A stretch of DNA of 64,000 bases from Candidatus Omnitrophota bacterium (GTDB taxonomy: Bacteria > Omnitrophota > Gorgyraeia > Zapsychrales > JAHFFX01): contig JAHFFY010000002.1 in the NCBI GenBank assembly GCA_023247705.1, positions 38,251 through 102,250 of the forward strand, written 5' to 3'. The notes beneath the pieces were generated by a model. It searched no databases and was not told where the DNA came from. It worked only from the letters and a program-made list of their open reading frames with translations. Positions within the stretch are counted from its first letter, which is position 1. The number at the start of each line of letters is the position of its first letter. This document shows, one piece after another, positions 29,912-38,686 of the stretch. Made by a program: the position numbers and the translations under genes.

Positions 29912-30877
29912 ATGCCTAAAAGAATTATTACAGTTATCTGTATAATTTCTATCTCTATATCTGCCAAAGCCTACCCGTTTTGGGTCTGGACGCCAGAAAC
30001 CAACAAGTGGGTCAATCCCAAATATTCCGTCAAAGAAACGCCGCAAGCCCAGTTAGAATACGCTCAGGGGTTTTATCAATCTAAGGATTATAAAAAAGCG
30101 ATTGATGAGTTTAATAAGCTTATTAATAATTATCCTAAAGCCAAGGAAGCCCCGGAAGCTCAATATTCGATCGGTTTATGTCTGGAAGATCAGGATAAGC
30201 TTTATGAAGCCTTTAAAGCGTACCAGCAGATCATCGAGAAATATCCTTTTAGCGAGCGTTCGGCGGAGGTGGTCACCAAACAATTTGGGATCGGGGAGAA
30301 AATTTTAGAAGGGGAACAGAAAAAGAGCAAATTTATCAATGCGATGACCGGAGGAAACTACGATGTGGTGGATGTCTTCCGCACGGTGATAAAAAATTCT
30401 CCGTATGGTCCAAACGCCGCGCTCACCCAGTATAAGATCGCCTTGTATCTCAAAGAAAAAGAACTTTTTCAGGAAGCGCGCGACGAGTTCGAGAAAGTGA
30501 TCAATGATTATCCCAAAAGCGAGTGGGCCAAGGGCGCGCAATATCAAATCGCGTTGGTGGACGCCCAACGGTCTTCGCACGCGCAGTACGACCAGAAAGT
30601 TACGAAGGCGGCCGTGGATGAGCTTAAGGAGTTCGTCAATCAAAATCCAGATGCCGAACTTTCTGACAAAGCCCAGAACGAGATTCAACGGTTAAAAGAA
30701 AAAGAAGCGGAAAATAAATTTCTAGTCGCTAATTTTTATGAAAAACAAAAGAATTATAAAGCGGCCAAGATATACTACTCCGTGATCGTTGATCACTACA
30801 AAAATACCGTTTGGGCCACCAAGGCCTTGGAGAAAATCCAGCAAGTCGATCAAAAAAATAGCAGTGCTAAGAAATGA
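29912..30877 (+). CDS. BamD/YfiO-like TPR protein (outer-membrane assembly factor family).
   Basis: The start is at the internal ATG at 29912, which begins a signal peptide. TPR-like repeats with 'YPKAKEAPEAQYSIGLC' and 'YPKSEWAKGAQYQIALV'. Confidence 0.45.
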   Translation: MPKRIITVICIISISISAKAYPFWVWTPETNKWVNPKYSVKETPQAQLEYAQGFYQSKDYKKAIDEFNKLINNYPKAKEAPEAQYSIGLCLEDQDKLYEAFKAYQQIIEKYPFSERSAEVVTKQFGIGEKILEGEQKKSKFINAMTGGNYDVVDVFRTVIKNSPYGPNAALTQYKIALYLKEKELFQEARDEFEKVINDYPKSEWAKGAQYQIALVDAQRSSHAQYDQKVTKAAVDELKEFVNQNPDAELSDKAQNEIQRLKEKEAENKFLVANFYEKQKNYKAAKIYYSVIVDHYKNTVWATKALEKIQQVDQKNSSAKK

Positions 30878-31404
30878 ATATAAAAAAAATTTTGGTGACA
30901 GTGTTTTTGATTTGCAGCTCGCTCACGGGATGCGGGTATTCGACGCGCTCTTTGCTGCCCGGTCATATCAAAACTATATACGTTGCTCCATTTAAAAATA
31001 ATGTCGTTTATACAACCGAATCGAGCCGCAATCTTTATTTTCCTCTCTTGGAGGTCAATGTCCGTAATGCGACCGTGGACCGTTTTTTATTTGACGGTCA
31101 TTTAAAGGTCGAGGACGGCGAAACGGCTGATATTATCCTGAAAGGTTCTCTTTTGAATTATCAGCGCGACGCCTTGCGATACACCGACAGCAACGATGTT
31201 TTGGAATATAGACTCCAGATTTTTGTTTCTTTGGAATTGCTGGATTCAAAGACGGGAGAAGTCATTTGGCAGGAACCAAATTTCGTGGGAGAAACGACCT
31301 ATTTCCCGACCGGGGCGTTGGCCAAAACAGAGGCCCAGGCGCTGCAGGACGCTTTGACCGATTTAGCGCGCCGCATCGTCGAACGGACGGTCGAAGATTG
31401 GTAA
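30874..31404 (+). CDS. lptE: LptE-like LPS-assembly lipoprotein.
   Basis: LTGC lipobox. About 175 aa. Sits next to holA, matching the conserved lptE-holA linkage. Confidence 0.45.
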   Translation: MNIKKILVTVFLICSSLTGCGYSTRSLLPGHIKTIYVAPFKNNVVYTTESSRNLYFPLLEVNVRNATVDRFLFDGHLKVEDGETADIILKGSLLNYQRDALRYTDSNDVLEYRLQIFVSLELLDSKTGEVIWQEPNFVGETTYFPTGALAKTEAQALQDALTDLARRIVERTVEDW

Positions 31405-31425
31405 GGGACAGGTTAAGCATAAACA

Positions 31426-32079
31426 ATGGTTTATCTTTTAATAGGCGAAGATCATGTTGCCAAAGACGCCAAGATCGAAGAAATCAAACAGAACGTAGAT
31501 CCTTCCGGGAAAGCCGCTTTATTCGATTATGAAGTTTTATACGGCCACAAACTTGATCAGGATGTCCTCAAAAAAGCCCTCATCAGTCTTCCGGCGATTG
31601 CCGCCAAACGCCTGGTTGTCGTCAAAGAAAGTCACCGTTTAAGCGCCGCCCATCAGGAATTGATCACTCAAACATTTCAAAATAAACTCGCCCATGTTGC
31701 GCTCATTCTGGATTTTAACGGCTCCGATGGAACGGAAGGGTTTATTAAAAAATTAAAAAATTCGGCGCAAATCATCGAATTTTTCTCGCAACAGAAATTG
31801 AATGTGTTCGATATGACGCGGGCCATCGAGCGGCAGAAGGGAAATGATGCCTTGAAAATTCTTCATTCTCTGTTAACGAATGGAGAACATCCTTTGCAGA
31901 TTTTGGGAGGGCTCGTGTGGTTCTGGGGAAAGACGCGTATTAAAATGTCGGCGGCAAGATTTGAAAAAGGCCTCTTGGCTCTGCAAGAGGCCGATTTGAA
32001 TATCAAGCGAAGTCGCCTTCAATCCGAATATGCGCTGGAATTGTTGATCGTTAAGCTATGCGTGCAAGAAGTCTGCTGA
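31426..32079 (+). CDS. holA: DNA polymerase III delta subunit, short form.
   Basis: N-terminal 'VYLLIGED' delta-like start. Linked to lptE. Confidence 0.5.
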   Translation: MVYLLIGEDHVAKDAKIEEIKQNVDPSGKAALFDYEVLYGHKLDQDVLKKALISLPAIAAKRLVVVKESHRLSAAHQELITQTFQNKLAHVALILDFNGSDGTEGFIKKLKNSAQIIEFFSQQKLNVFDMTRAIERQKGNDALKILHSLLTNGEHPLQILGGLVWFWGKTRIKMSAARFEKGLLALQEADLNIKRSRLQSEYALELLIVKLCVQEVC

Positions 32080-32314
32080 AGACAGATTTGCGTCGGGCAG
32101 CTGTATTTTTATGCAGGACATTCCGTTTAGCGGCCTTATCAAACTTTTTATACAAAATTTTTAAAGTCGCTTCGGCTTCTTTTTTATTTTTGGAAGAAAT
32201 AAGAGACCGGAATTTTTTCGTCGTTTTTTTAAGATCAGTTTTGATGTCCAGATTGCGTAACCGTCTTTTTCGAGTAATTCTTAATGCTTTTATAGCGTTT
32301 CTTCGTTGTGGCAA
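32051..32314 (-). CDS. rpsT: 30S ribosomal protein S20.
   Basis: Basic ~87-aa protein 'PQRRNAIKALRITRKRRLRN...'. The start is TTG or GTG, preceded by an AAGGGGG RBS. Confidence 0.75.
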   Translation of the reverse strand: MPQRRNAIKALRITRKRRLRNLDIKTDLKKTTKKFRSLISSKNKKEAEATLKILYKKFDKAAKRNVLHKNTAARRKSVFSRLLARIA

Positions 32315-32457
32315 AACTATCACCCCCTTCTGATGGACCTTTTTTGATTTAGTGTTATTGTGAAAGTCCCTGGCTGGCCGCCAGGAAAGTCAAGGAGGTC
32401 TCTTCCTTAGGAAAAAGACCAACAAAAAGTTCCTCATATTAACAGAGAGGTCAAAGC

Positions 32458-34035
32458 GTGTCAACTGATAAATCGACCGACAAAGATTCCCACCGTTCGA
32501 TTATTAAATCGACTTCCATCGTCTCATTTGGGACGCTGTTATCCAGGATTTTGGGGTTTTTCCGGGATGTGATCCTGGCCAAATTTTTCGGAACCGCGGC
32601 TCAGGCCGACAGCTTTTTTGTCGCGTTCCGAATCCCTAATTTATTGCGGGATTTAATGGGAGAGGGGGCGACCAATTCCGCAGTTGTCCCGGTGCTTTCC
32701 GAGTATTTGCATAAAGACAAGAAAGATCTGGCCGATTTAATGAATATCTTGTTCACCTTCTTTCTGGTTGTTTTAAGCGGTGTGACGGTCTTGGGTATTC
32801 TTTTGGCTCCGTTGGTGGTGCGTGTCGTTGCTCCGGGATTTACCTCTGATGTGCAAAAATTCGATTTAACGGTCCAATTAACGCGGATCTTATTTCCTTA
32901 TCTCATCCTGATTGGATTAACGGCTTATAGCATGGGGATCCTTTATACTCTTCGTTCGTTCTTCTGGCCTGCGTTCAGTCCCTGTTTTTTAAATATCGCC
33001 TGCATCGTTGCCGCCTTAGCCGCCTCCGCGACCATGAAAGAGCCGATCCTGGGTCTGGCCATCGGGGTTTTGATCGGAGGGATTCTTCAATTGATCGTGC
33101 AGATCGTCGCTTTACAAAGAAAAGGTGTTTATCTCGGTATAGCAAAGAAATTTAATCATCCAGGCGTTAAACAAATCAAACGCTTGCTGCTTCCGAGGCT
33201 TTTTGGTTCGGGTGTTTATCAGATCAATGTGGTCATCGATACGTTGTGCGCGTCTTTATCCAGTGTCGTTGGTCCCGGGGGGATTTCGGCGATTTATTAT
33301 GCGAACCGGATCATTCAATTTCCGCAGGGGTTGTTCGGGGTGGCGCTGGCGTCCGCGTTGTTACCAGCGATCTCAGGGCTCGCGGCGCGAAAAGAAGTGG
33401 AATCTTTAAAGAAAACGATCCAGTTCGCGTTAAGGATTATTTTTTTGATTTTATTTCCCGTCGCATTCTTTTGCATTTTCTTGTCGACGCCAATTGTCCG
33501 GATGCTTTTCGAGAGGGGGGAATTTGATACCTATTCCACGGCGATTACCTCCACCGCGTTATTATTTTTTGCCCCGGGTTTATTGAGTTATGGCGGGGTC
33601 AGGATCATGGTCACGGCCTTTTATGCCCTGCAGGATACCGTCACGCCGGTGAAGGTCGCCGGGACCTGTCTGCTGGTGAATGCTGTTTTGAATTTTGTTC
33701 TGATGGGGCCGTTGAAAATCGGCGGGATCGCCTTGGCCAGTTCTGTTGCGACCACGCTTAATTTTTTGACGCTGTTTTTTGTTCTGGACAAGAAACTGGG
33801 CGGATTAAAAAAAGGACTTAAGAAATATTTAATGAAGTTGAGCTTTGCTGGTATGATAATGGGTGTCTTTGTCTATTTTAGCTGGCAATTGATCCCCATC
33901 TCTAATGAGTGGGTCAAATTGATGCTGGTCGGCGCGTTGGGGTTGAGTGTTTTTATCCTCATTTGTTTTATCTTAAAGGTTGAAGAAATTAAGAAAGTAA
34001 GCGATGAAATTAAAAAACGATATTCCCGACATTAA
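32458..34035 (+). CDS. murJ: Lipid II flippase MurJ.
   Basis: GTG start. MurJ/MviN N-terminus 'LSRILGFFRDVILAKFFG...ADSFFVAFRIPNLLR'. 14 TM helices. Confidence 0.85.
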   Translation: MSTDKSTDKDSHRSIIKSTSIVSFGTLLSRILGFFRDVILAKFFGTAAQADSFFVAFRIPNLLRDLMGEGATNSAVVPVLSEYLHKDKKDLADLMNILFTFFLVVLSGVTVLGILLAPLVVRVVAPGFTSDVQKFDLTVQLTRILFPYLILIGLTAYSMGILYTLRSFFWPAFSPCFLNIACIVAALAASATMKEPILGLAIGVLIGGILQLIVQIVALQRKGVYLGIAKKFNHPGVKQIKRLLLPRLFGSGVYQINVVIDTLCASLSSVVGPGGISAIYYANRIIQFPQGLFGVALASALLPAISGLAARKEVESLKKTIQFALRIIFLILFPVAFFCIFLSTPIVRMLFERGEFDTYSTAITSTALLFFAPGLLSYGGVRIMVTAFYALQDTVTPVKVAGTCLLVNAVLNFVLMGPLKIGGIALASSVATTLNFLTLFFVLDKKLGGLKKGLKKYLMKLSFAGMIMGVFVYFSWQLIPISNEWVKLMLVGALGLSVFILICFILKVEEIKKVSDEIKKRYSRH

Positions 34036-35293
34036 TCGGAAGATCAATCAATTTCCTCTGACCAGCGGCGTTTATTTGATGCAAGACCGCGCCGGGAGCG
34101 TGATCTATGTGGGCAAGGCCGTGTGCCTGCGTAAACGCGTACAATCTTATTTCGGGAAAAGAAAACAGGTGTTGTCTAAAACCGATATTCTTGTTGCGAA
34201 TGTGTGGGACATTGACTATGTCTTGACTGCGAGCGAAGCAGAGGCGTTGATCCTGGAGGCCAGCCTGATCAAAGAATATCAGCCCAGGTTTAATATCGAG
34301 TTACGAGATGACAAAAGTTATCCTTATATCCAAATCTCCGATGAAGAATTTCCCCGCGTGTCGGTCGTCCGCCCCCGGCAGAAGCGGAAAAAGACAGCGC
34401 CGCATGAGGCTATGATCCAGGAACAGGGGCAATTCTACGGTCCGTATGTGAACCCTAAATTGATCCGTGAAGCGTTGGACATCATCAGAAAAATTTTTCA
34501 TTTCCGTACCTGCCATCCTTTTCCAAAAAAAGCCTGCCTGGATTTTCATATCGGTTTATGCGACGCCCCGTGCATTGCGAACGTGAGCAAAGAGGACTAC
34601 GACAAGATCATCCAAAATGTCTGTTTGATCCTTGAGGGAAAAAAAGATGAATTGTATCATAACTTAAGGTTCGCAATGGAATCGCTGGCCAAAGCCAAAC
34701 GGTTTGAAGAGGCGGCGAAAGTCCGCGACCAGATCCGCGCGATCGGAGCGCTTTATTCGGGGACCAAAGACATCAATTGTTTCAAGGAGGCTGAACAGCT
34801 TCAGCGTGTTTTGTCTCTCCCGCGATTGCCGGAGCGCATCGAAGCCTTCGATATTTCAAACATTCTGGGCAACCAGGCGGTGGGGTCCATGGTCTCGTTT
34901 TTCAACGGCAAACCGGACAAATCAAACTACCGCCGCTTTCGCATCCGCGAGGTGGAAGGGATCGATGATTTCAGGATGATGGCGGAGATCGTTAAGCGCC
35001 GTTACCGCCGCTTGAAAAATGAACAGGCGGTCTTCCCGGATTTGATTGTGATCGACGGCGGGAAGGGGCAGTTGTCGGCGGCGGTTGAACAGCTTAAATT
35101 GTTGAAACTGGAAGTACCGATCATTTCTCTGGCCAAAAGACAGGAAGAAATTTTTTTACCGAACCGCAGAGCCCCGGTTCTTTTATCCCGCGAATCATTG
35201 GGATTGAAATTGTTGCAGCGGGTCCGCGATGAGGCCCATCGTTTCGCGGTGTTTTATCATCGGCATTTAAGAGGAAAACAGAGCTTATCTTAA
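34004..35293 (+). CDS. uvrC: Excinuclease ABC subunit C, lacking the C-terminal (HhH)2 domain.
   Basis: GIY-YIG 'GVYLMQDRAGSVIYVGKA'. The Cys-rich, UVR and RNase-H-like endonuclease domains are present. The ORF ends at '...DEAHRFAVFYHRHLRGKQ', immediately before the IS200 left end. Confidence 0.7.
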   Translation: MKLKNDIPDINRKINQFPLTSGVYLMQDRAGSVIYVGKAVCLRKRVQSYFGKRKQVLSKTDILVANVWDIDYVLTASEAEALILEASLIKEYQPRFNIELRDDKSYPYIQISDEEFPRVSVVRPRQKRKKTAPHEAMIQEQGQFYGPYVNPKLIREALDIIRKIFHFRTCHPFPKKACLDFHIGLCDAPCIANVSKEDYDKIIQNVCLILEGKKDELYHNLRFAMESLAKAKRFEEAAKVRDQIRAIGALYSGTKDINCFKEAEQLQRVLSLPRLPERIEAFDISNILGNQAVGSMVSFFNGKPDKSNYRRFRIREVEGIDDFRMMAEIVKRRYRRLKNEQAVFPDLIVIDGGKGQLSAAVEQLKLLKLEVPIISLAKRQEEIFLPNRRAPVLLSRESLGLKLLQRVRDEAHRFAVFYHRHLRGKQSLS

Positions 35294-35299
35294 TTCAGC

Positions 35300-35870
35300 C
35301 TGATTAAACCACCTGCTAAGCAGGTGGTGATGGACTGATGGCTTCGCCAAAATAAAGATGATGAGTTAGAATGGCGGGATGGGACGATTTAAGAAATTAT
35401 CACATGCGGTATATGATTGTAAATATCACATAGTGTGGTGTCCGAAGTATCGGTATCGAGTGTTATTGGAAGGGAAAGGGAAGTTTGTGGATACGAGTGT
35501 GAGGATGTTGTGTGAGTGGAAGGAATTGGGAATTGAAGCATTGAATGTTCAAAAGGATCATGTGCATGTGATATTGGGAATTCCGCCGAAATATTCAGTG
35601 TCAGAAGTGATGGGGATGCTGAAAGGAAAGACGGCGATCAAAATGTTCCAGAATTATCCTGAGATGAAGAAGAAACCGTATTGGAGGAATCATTTTTGGG
35701 CGAGAGGATATTGTGTGAGCACGATTGGGCTGGATGAAGAGAAGATCAAGAAATATGTGCAATCCCAGGAAGAACAGGAACGACAGGAAGAATCTCAACA
35801 GCAGGAATTCGGCTTTTATCCGAGGTTTTTCAGGTCACCGCCTCTGGCGGTGGTAATTGACTTAAAATTA
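35300..35870 (+). mobile_element. IS200/IS605-family insertion sequence (tnpA only).
   Basis: Left-end hairpin CCACCTGCttAGCAGGTGG at 35309-35327. Right-end hairpin CACCGCCtctGGCGGTG at ~35828-35844. HuH TnpA ORF inside. Confidence 0.65.
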
Positions 35871-35891
35871 TGTTCAGGAGAACCCAGATGA
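35379..35891 (+). CDS. tnpA: IS200/IS605 HuH Y1 transposase TnpA; the ORF tail reads through the element's right end.
   Basis: 'HVHVILGIPPKYSVSEV' HuH motif and 'WARGYCVSTIG' catalytic Tyr. The C-terminal ~40 aa are low-complexity read-through. Confidence 0.8.
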   Translation: MGRFKKLSHAVYDCKYHIVWCPKYRYRVLLEGKGKFVDTSVRMLCEWKELGIEALNVQKDHVHVILGIPPKYSVSEVMGMLKGKTAIKMFQNYPEMKKKPYWRNHFWARGYCVSTIGLDEEKIKKYVQSQEEQERQEESQQQEFGFYPRFFRSPPLAVVIDLKLCSGEPR

Positions 35892-36193
35892 TCCCTCAAA
35901 CAAAGATTACGGATTTTGAATGGCAGGTTTATGAGATCACTCTGTCCATCCCGATGGGACAAACCTTGTCTTATAAGGAAGTAGCGCAAAAGATCGGCCG
36001 TCCTCTGGCATCCCGCGCGGTCGGCCAGGCTTTAAAGAAAAATCCTTTTGCCCCGGTGATTCCTTGCCATCGGGTGGTGAGAAGCGACGGTTCCCTCGGT
36101 GGGTATCAGGGGACGAAAGGATTGACCAGGAAACAAATTTTATTGGATCAGGAAAAAGAGATATCGACTATTCTTGATGAGCAAAAAAGGTAG
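35888..36193 (+). CDS. ogt: MGMT-family (O6-alkylguanine-DNA alkyltransferase) DNA-binding domain protein.
   Basis: Active-site 'PCHRVV'. About 100 aa, stand-alone. The ATG overlaps the tnpA stop as ATGA. Confidence 0.65.
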   Translation: MIPQTKITDFEWQVYEITLSIPMGQTLSYKEVAQKIGRPLASRAVGQALKKNPFAPVIPCHRVVRSDGSLGGYQGTKGLTRKQILLDQEKEISTILDEQKR

Positions 36194-36436
36194 AGACTTC
36201 AAGGCTTGATCGCTCTATAGGATAAATTCGCAACATTTTTTTAGCAAAGTTTGAAATTACAAATTCCAATGTACAAATCACAACCAATACCGAAATTCCA
36301 ATCCACAAACTTCGGTTTTGAGATTGTTTATTAGGAATTGGGATTTGTTTGTAATTTGAAATTTGTGTATTGTAAATTGGTTGCGGCTTCGCTGCGCTAT
36401 GTTATACAAAAGATAAAATAAACTTACGGAGGGAAG

Positions 36437-37516
36437 ATGAGAATCACTCAATTATTCGCTCAGATGGTGGCCCGCGAGGCATCGGATTTATTTTTAAGCA
36501 TTTATACCGCTCCCCGGGCAAGGATTCACGGAAAAGTCGAAATCATTGATCCGCAGGTCATCTCCAAAGAAGAAATGCAGGAGATTACGGAATTTTTGTT
36601 AGGGTCGGAAGACCGCAAAATTCTTTTTAACAAAAACCATGACCTGGATTTTATCCATCAGGAACCCGGGATCGGTCGTTTCAGGGTCAATGTTTTTAAA
36701 CAGCGCGGTTCTCCGGCGGTGGTGGCCAGGCATGTTTATAGTTCGACAAGGTCGTTTGAAGAACTCAATCTGCCCACGGATCTTTTTAAAAGATTTTGTG
36801 ACGAGTCGAAGGGTCTCTTGCTGATCTGCGGGCCCGCCGGGAGCGGAAAATCTTCGGCGATCGCGAGCATGGTCGATTATATCAATGCGAATTTAGAGAA
36901 ACATATCGTGACCATTGAAGACCCGATCGAATTTTTGTTCCAGAATAAAAAGAGCATTATCAACCAGCGGGAATTAGGGATTGATGTTTTTTCGTATCCG
37001 GTCGCCTTGCGCCATGTAACCCAGCAGAGCCCCGATATCATCTTTATCGGCGTGACCCGTGATGAAGCAACGATGCGTGCTTTGATCTCGGCCACCGAAT
37101 TAGGGGCCTTTGTCATCACGACTTTTCATACGGTCAACGCCATCCAGACGATCCACCGGATCATTAATTTTTTTCCGCCCCATCTGCACGATGAGGTTCG
37201 ATTGCAGTTATCGTTAATTCTTAAAGGAATCATTTCCCTGAGATTGATGCCCCGCAAGGACGGCAACGGACGAATCCCGGCGTATGAAACCATGGTCGTC
37301 ACCCCCACCATCGCCCGTTTGATCCGGGAAGGCCAAACCAAGGATATCCAGTCTTTTATTGATGAAGGAGAGCTCTTTGGGATGAGATCGTTTAAGCAAA
37401 GTCTGGTTAAGCTGGTGAAAGAAAACCTGGTCCATGAAGACGACGCCCGCAGGATCGCGGACAGCAAGGATGAGTTTAACCTGGAGTTGAAGGGGATCAA
37501 GAGGAATCAGTTTTGA
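36437..37516 (+). CDS. pilT: Type IV pilus retraction ATPase PilT.
   Basis: Walker A 'GPAGSGKSS'. PilT/PilU family similarity throughout. Confidence 0.85.
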   Translation: MRITQLFAQMVAREASDLFLSIYTAPRARIHGKVEIIDPQVISKEEMQEITEFLLGSEDRKILFNKNHDLDFIHQEPGIGRFRVNVFKQRGSPAVVARHVYSSTRSFEELNLPTDLFKRFCDESKGLLLICGPAGSGKSSAIASMVDYINANLEKHIVTIEDPIEFLFQNKKSIINQRELGIDVFSYPVALRHVTQQSPDIIFIGVTRDEATMRALISATELGAFVITTFHTVNAIQTIHRIINFFPPHLHDEVRLQLSLILKGIISLRLMPRKDGNGRIPAYETMVVTPTIARLIREGQTKDIQSFIDEGELFGMRSFKQSLVKLVKENLVHEDDARRIADSKDEFNLELKGIKRNQF

Positions 37517-37667
37517 TCTTTTCGTTTTTTGTTAATTTTGTTTTGATCGTTGATTTCCTGCCGATGGGATTCTCTTTCAGACAAAACCTTCATTGAGATT
37601 GATCAGGGAAAACGCCGTCGAAAATCAATCAGTGTAAAAAAATACTGTATCTGAAGATGAGATCAAG

Positions 37668-38645
37668 ATGTTTCCTATCGTATTTATTCTAAAAGTCGCC
37701 TTTATTTTTTATTCTGTCTTTGTTGCCGTTTTGCTTTTTATCCTGCGGCTGGTGGAGAAATATTTTAAACGCAATGGAGATAAAGATTCCTATGTGTTGT
37801 GCCGGCGTATCGGGTTTTTGCTGGGGATGTCGGTCATCTTGGGGATTGTCATCTGGATTGATGCCTTCGTGATTGAACCCAATTGGATCCAGGTGACCCG
37901 TCTGGAAATCAAATCGCCGCATTTTAACGAGCAACTCAAAGATATTAAAATCGTCCAGATCACGGATCTTCATATCGAACAGATCGGTCTCCGGGAAAAA
38001 AGCATGATCCGTCTGATCAATAACCTAAAACCGGATGTCATTTTGACAAACGGCGATTTTATAAATTCCAAAGAGGGATGGCAGCCGGCTTTGGGGGTTT
38101 TAAGCCAGTTACGGGCTAAAACCGAAATTTATACGATCCTGGGGAATACGGATTATTATTTTCCTTTGGAGGAGGGAGGAAGATTTACTGAACTTGAACG
38201 GACCGGAGTCCATATTCTTTTTCATGAGAACCTCCGGCTTGATTTTGGCGAACGGGGATATTTCTGGCTGGCCGGCTTGTCGGATAAATTTGGTCTTAAA
38301 GCCCAGTATGGAGAAACGAAATATATCGACCAGGCCTTTGAAGGGATTCCAATGGATGAGCCGAAAGTCCTGCTTGTCCATGATCCCCAACACGCGCTGG
38401 TGAAACAGATATCGACGTATAAACCCGATTTGATTCTCGCCGGAGACACCCACGGCGGTCAGGTTGGTATTTCTTTTCTTCGTCAATTTTCGGACTATGC
38501 TAACCGCGGCGATTATATGGCCGGGTTATTTCACATCCATCGGAATATCCCGCTTTATGTCAACCGGGGCATCGGGATGAAAACTATAAATATCCGCTTG
38601 CTTTGCCGTCCGGAAATCACAGTTATAAAACTGATCAAAGGATGA
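37668..38645 (+). CDS. Membrane-anchored calcineurin-like metallophosphoesterase.
   Basis: 'ITDLHI', 'GDF' and 'GDTHGGQV' MPP motifs. N-terminal TM helices. Confidence 0.7.
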   Translation: MFPIVFILKVAFIFYSVFVAVLLFILRLVEKYFKRNGDKDSYVLCRRIGFLLGMSVILGIVIWIDAFVIEPNWIQVTRLEIKSPHFNEQLKDIKIVQITDLHIEQIGLREKSMIRLINNLKPDVILTNGDFINSKEGWQPALGVLSQLRAKTEIYTILGNTDYYFPLEEGGRFTELERTGVHILFHENLRLDFGERGYFWLAGLSDKFGLKAQYGETKYIDQAFEGIPMDEPKVLLVHDPQHALVKQISTYKPDLILAGDTHGGQVGISFLRQFSDYANRGDYMAGLFHIHRNIPLYVNRGIGMKTINIRLLCRPEITVIKLIKG

Positions 38646-38686
38646 CCAGCGGTTTTTTAAATGAAGAAGTCTCTTGACTATAATAA

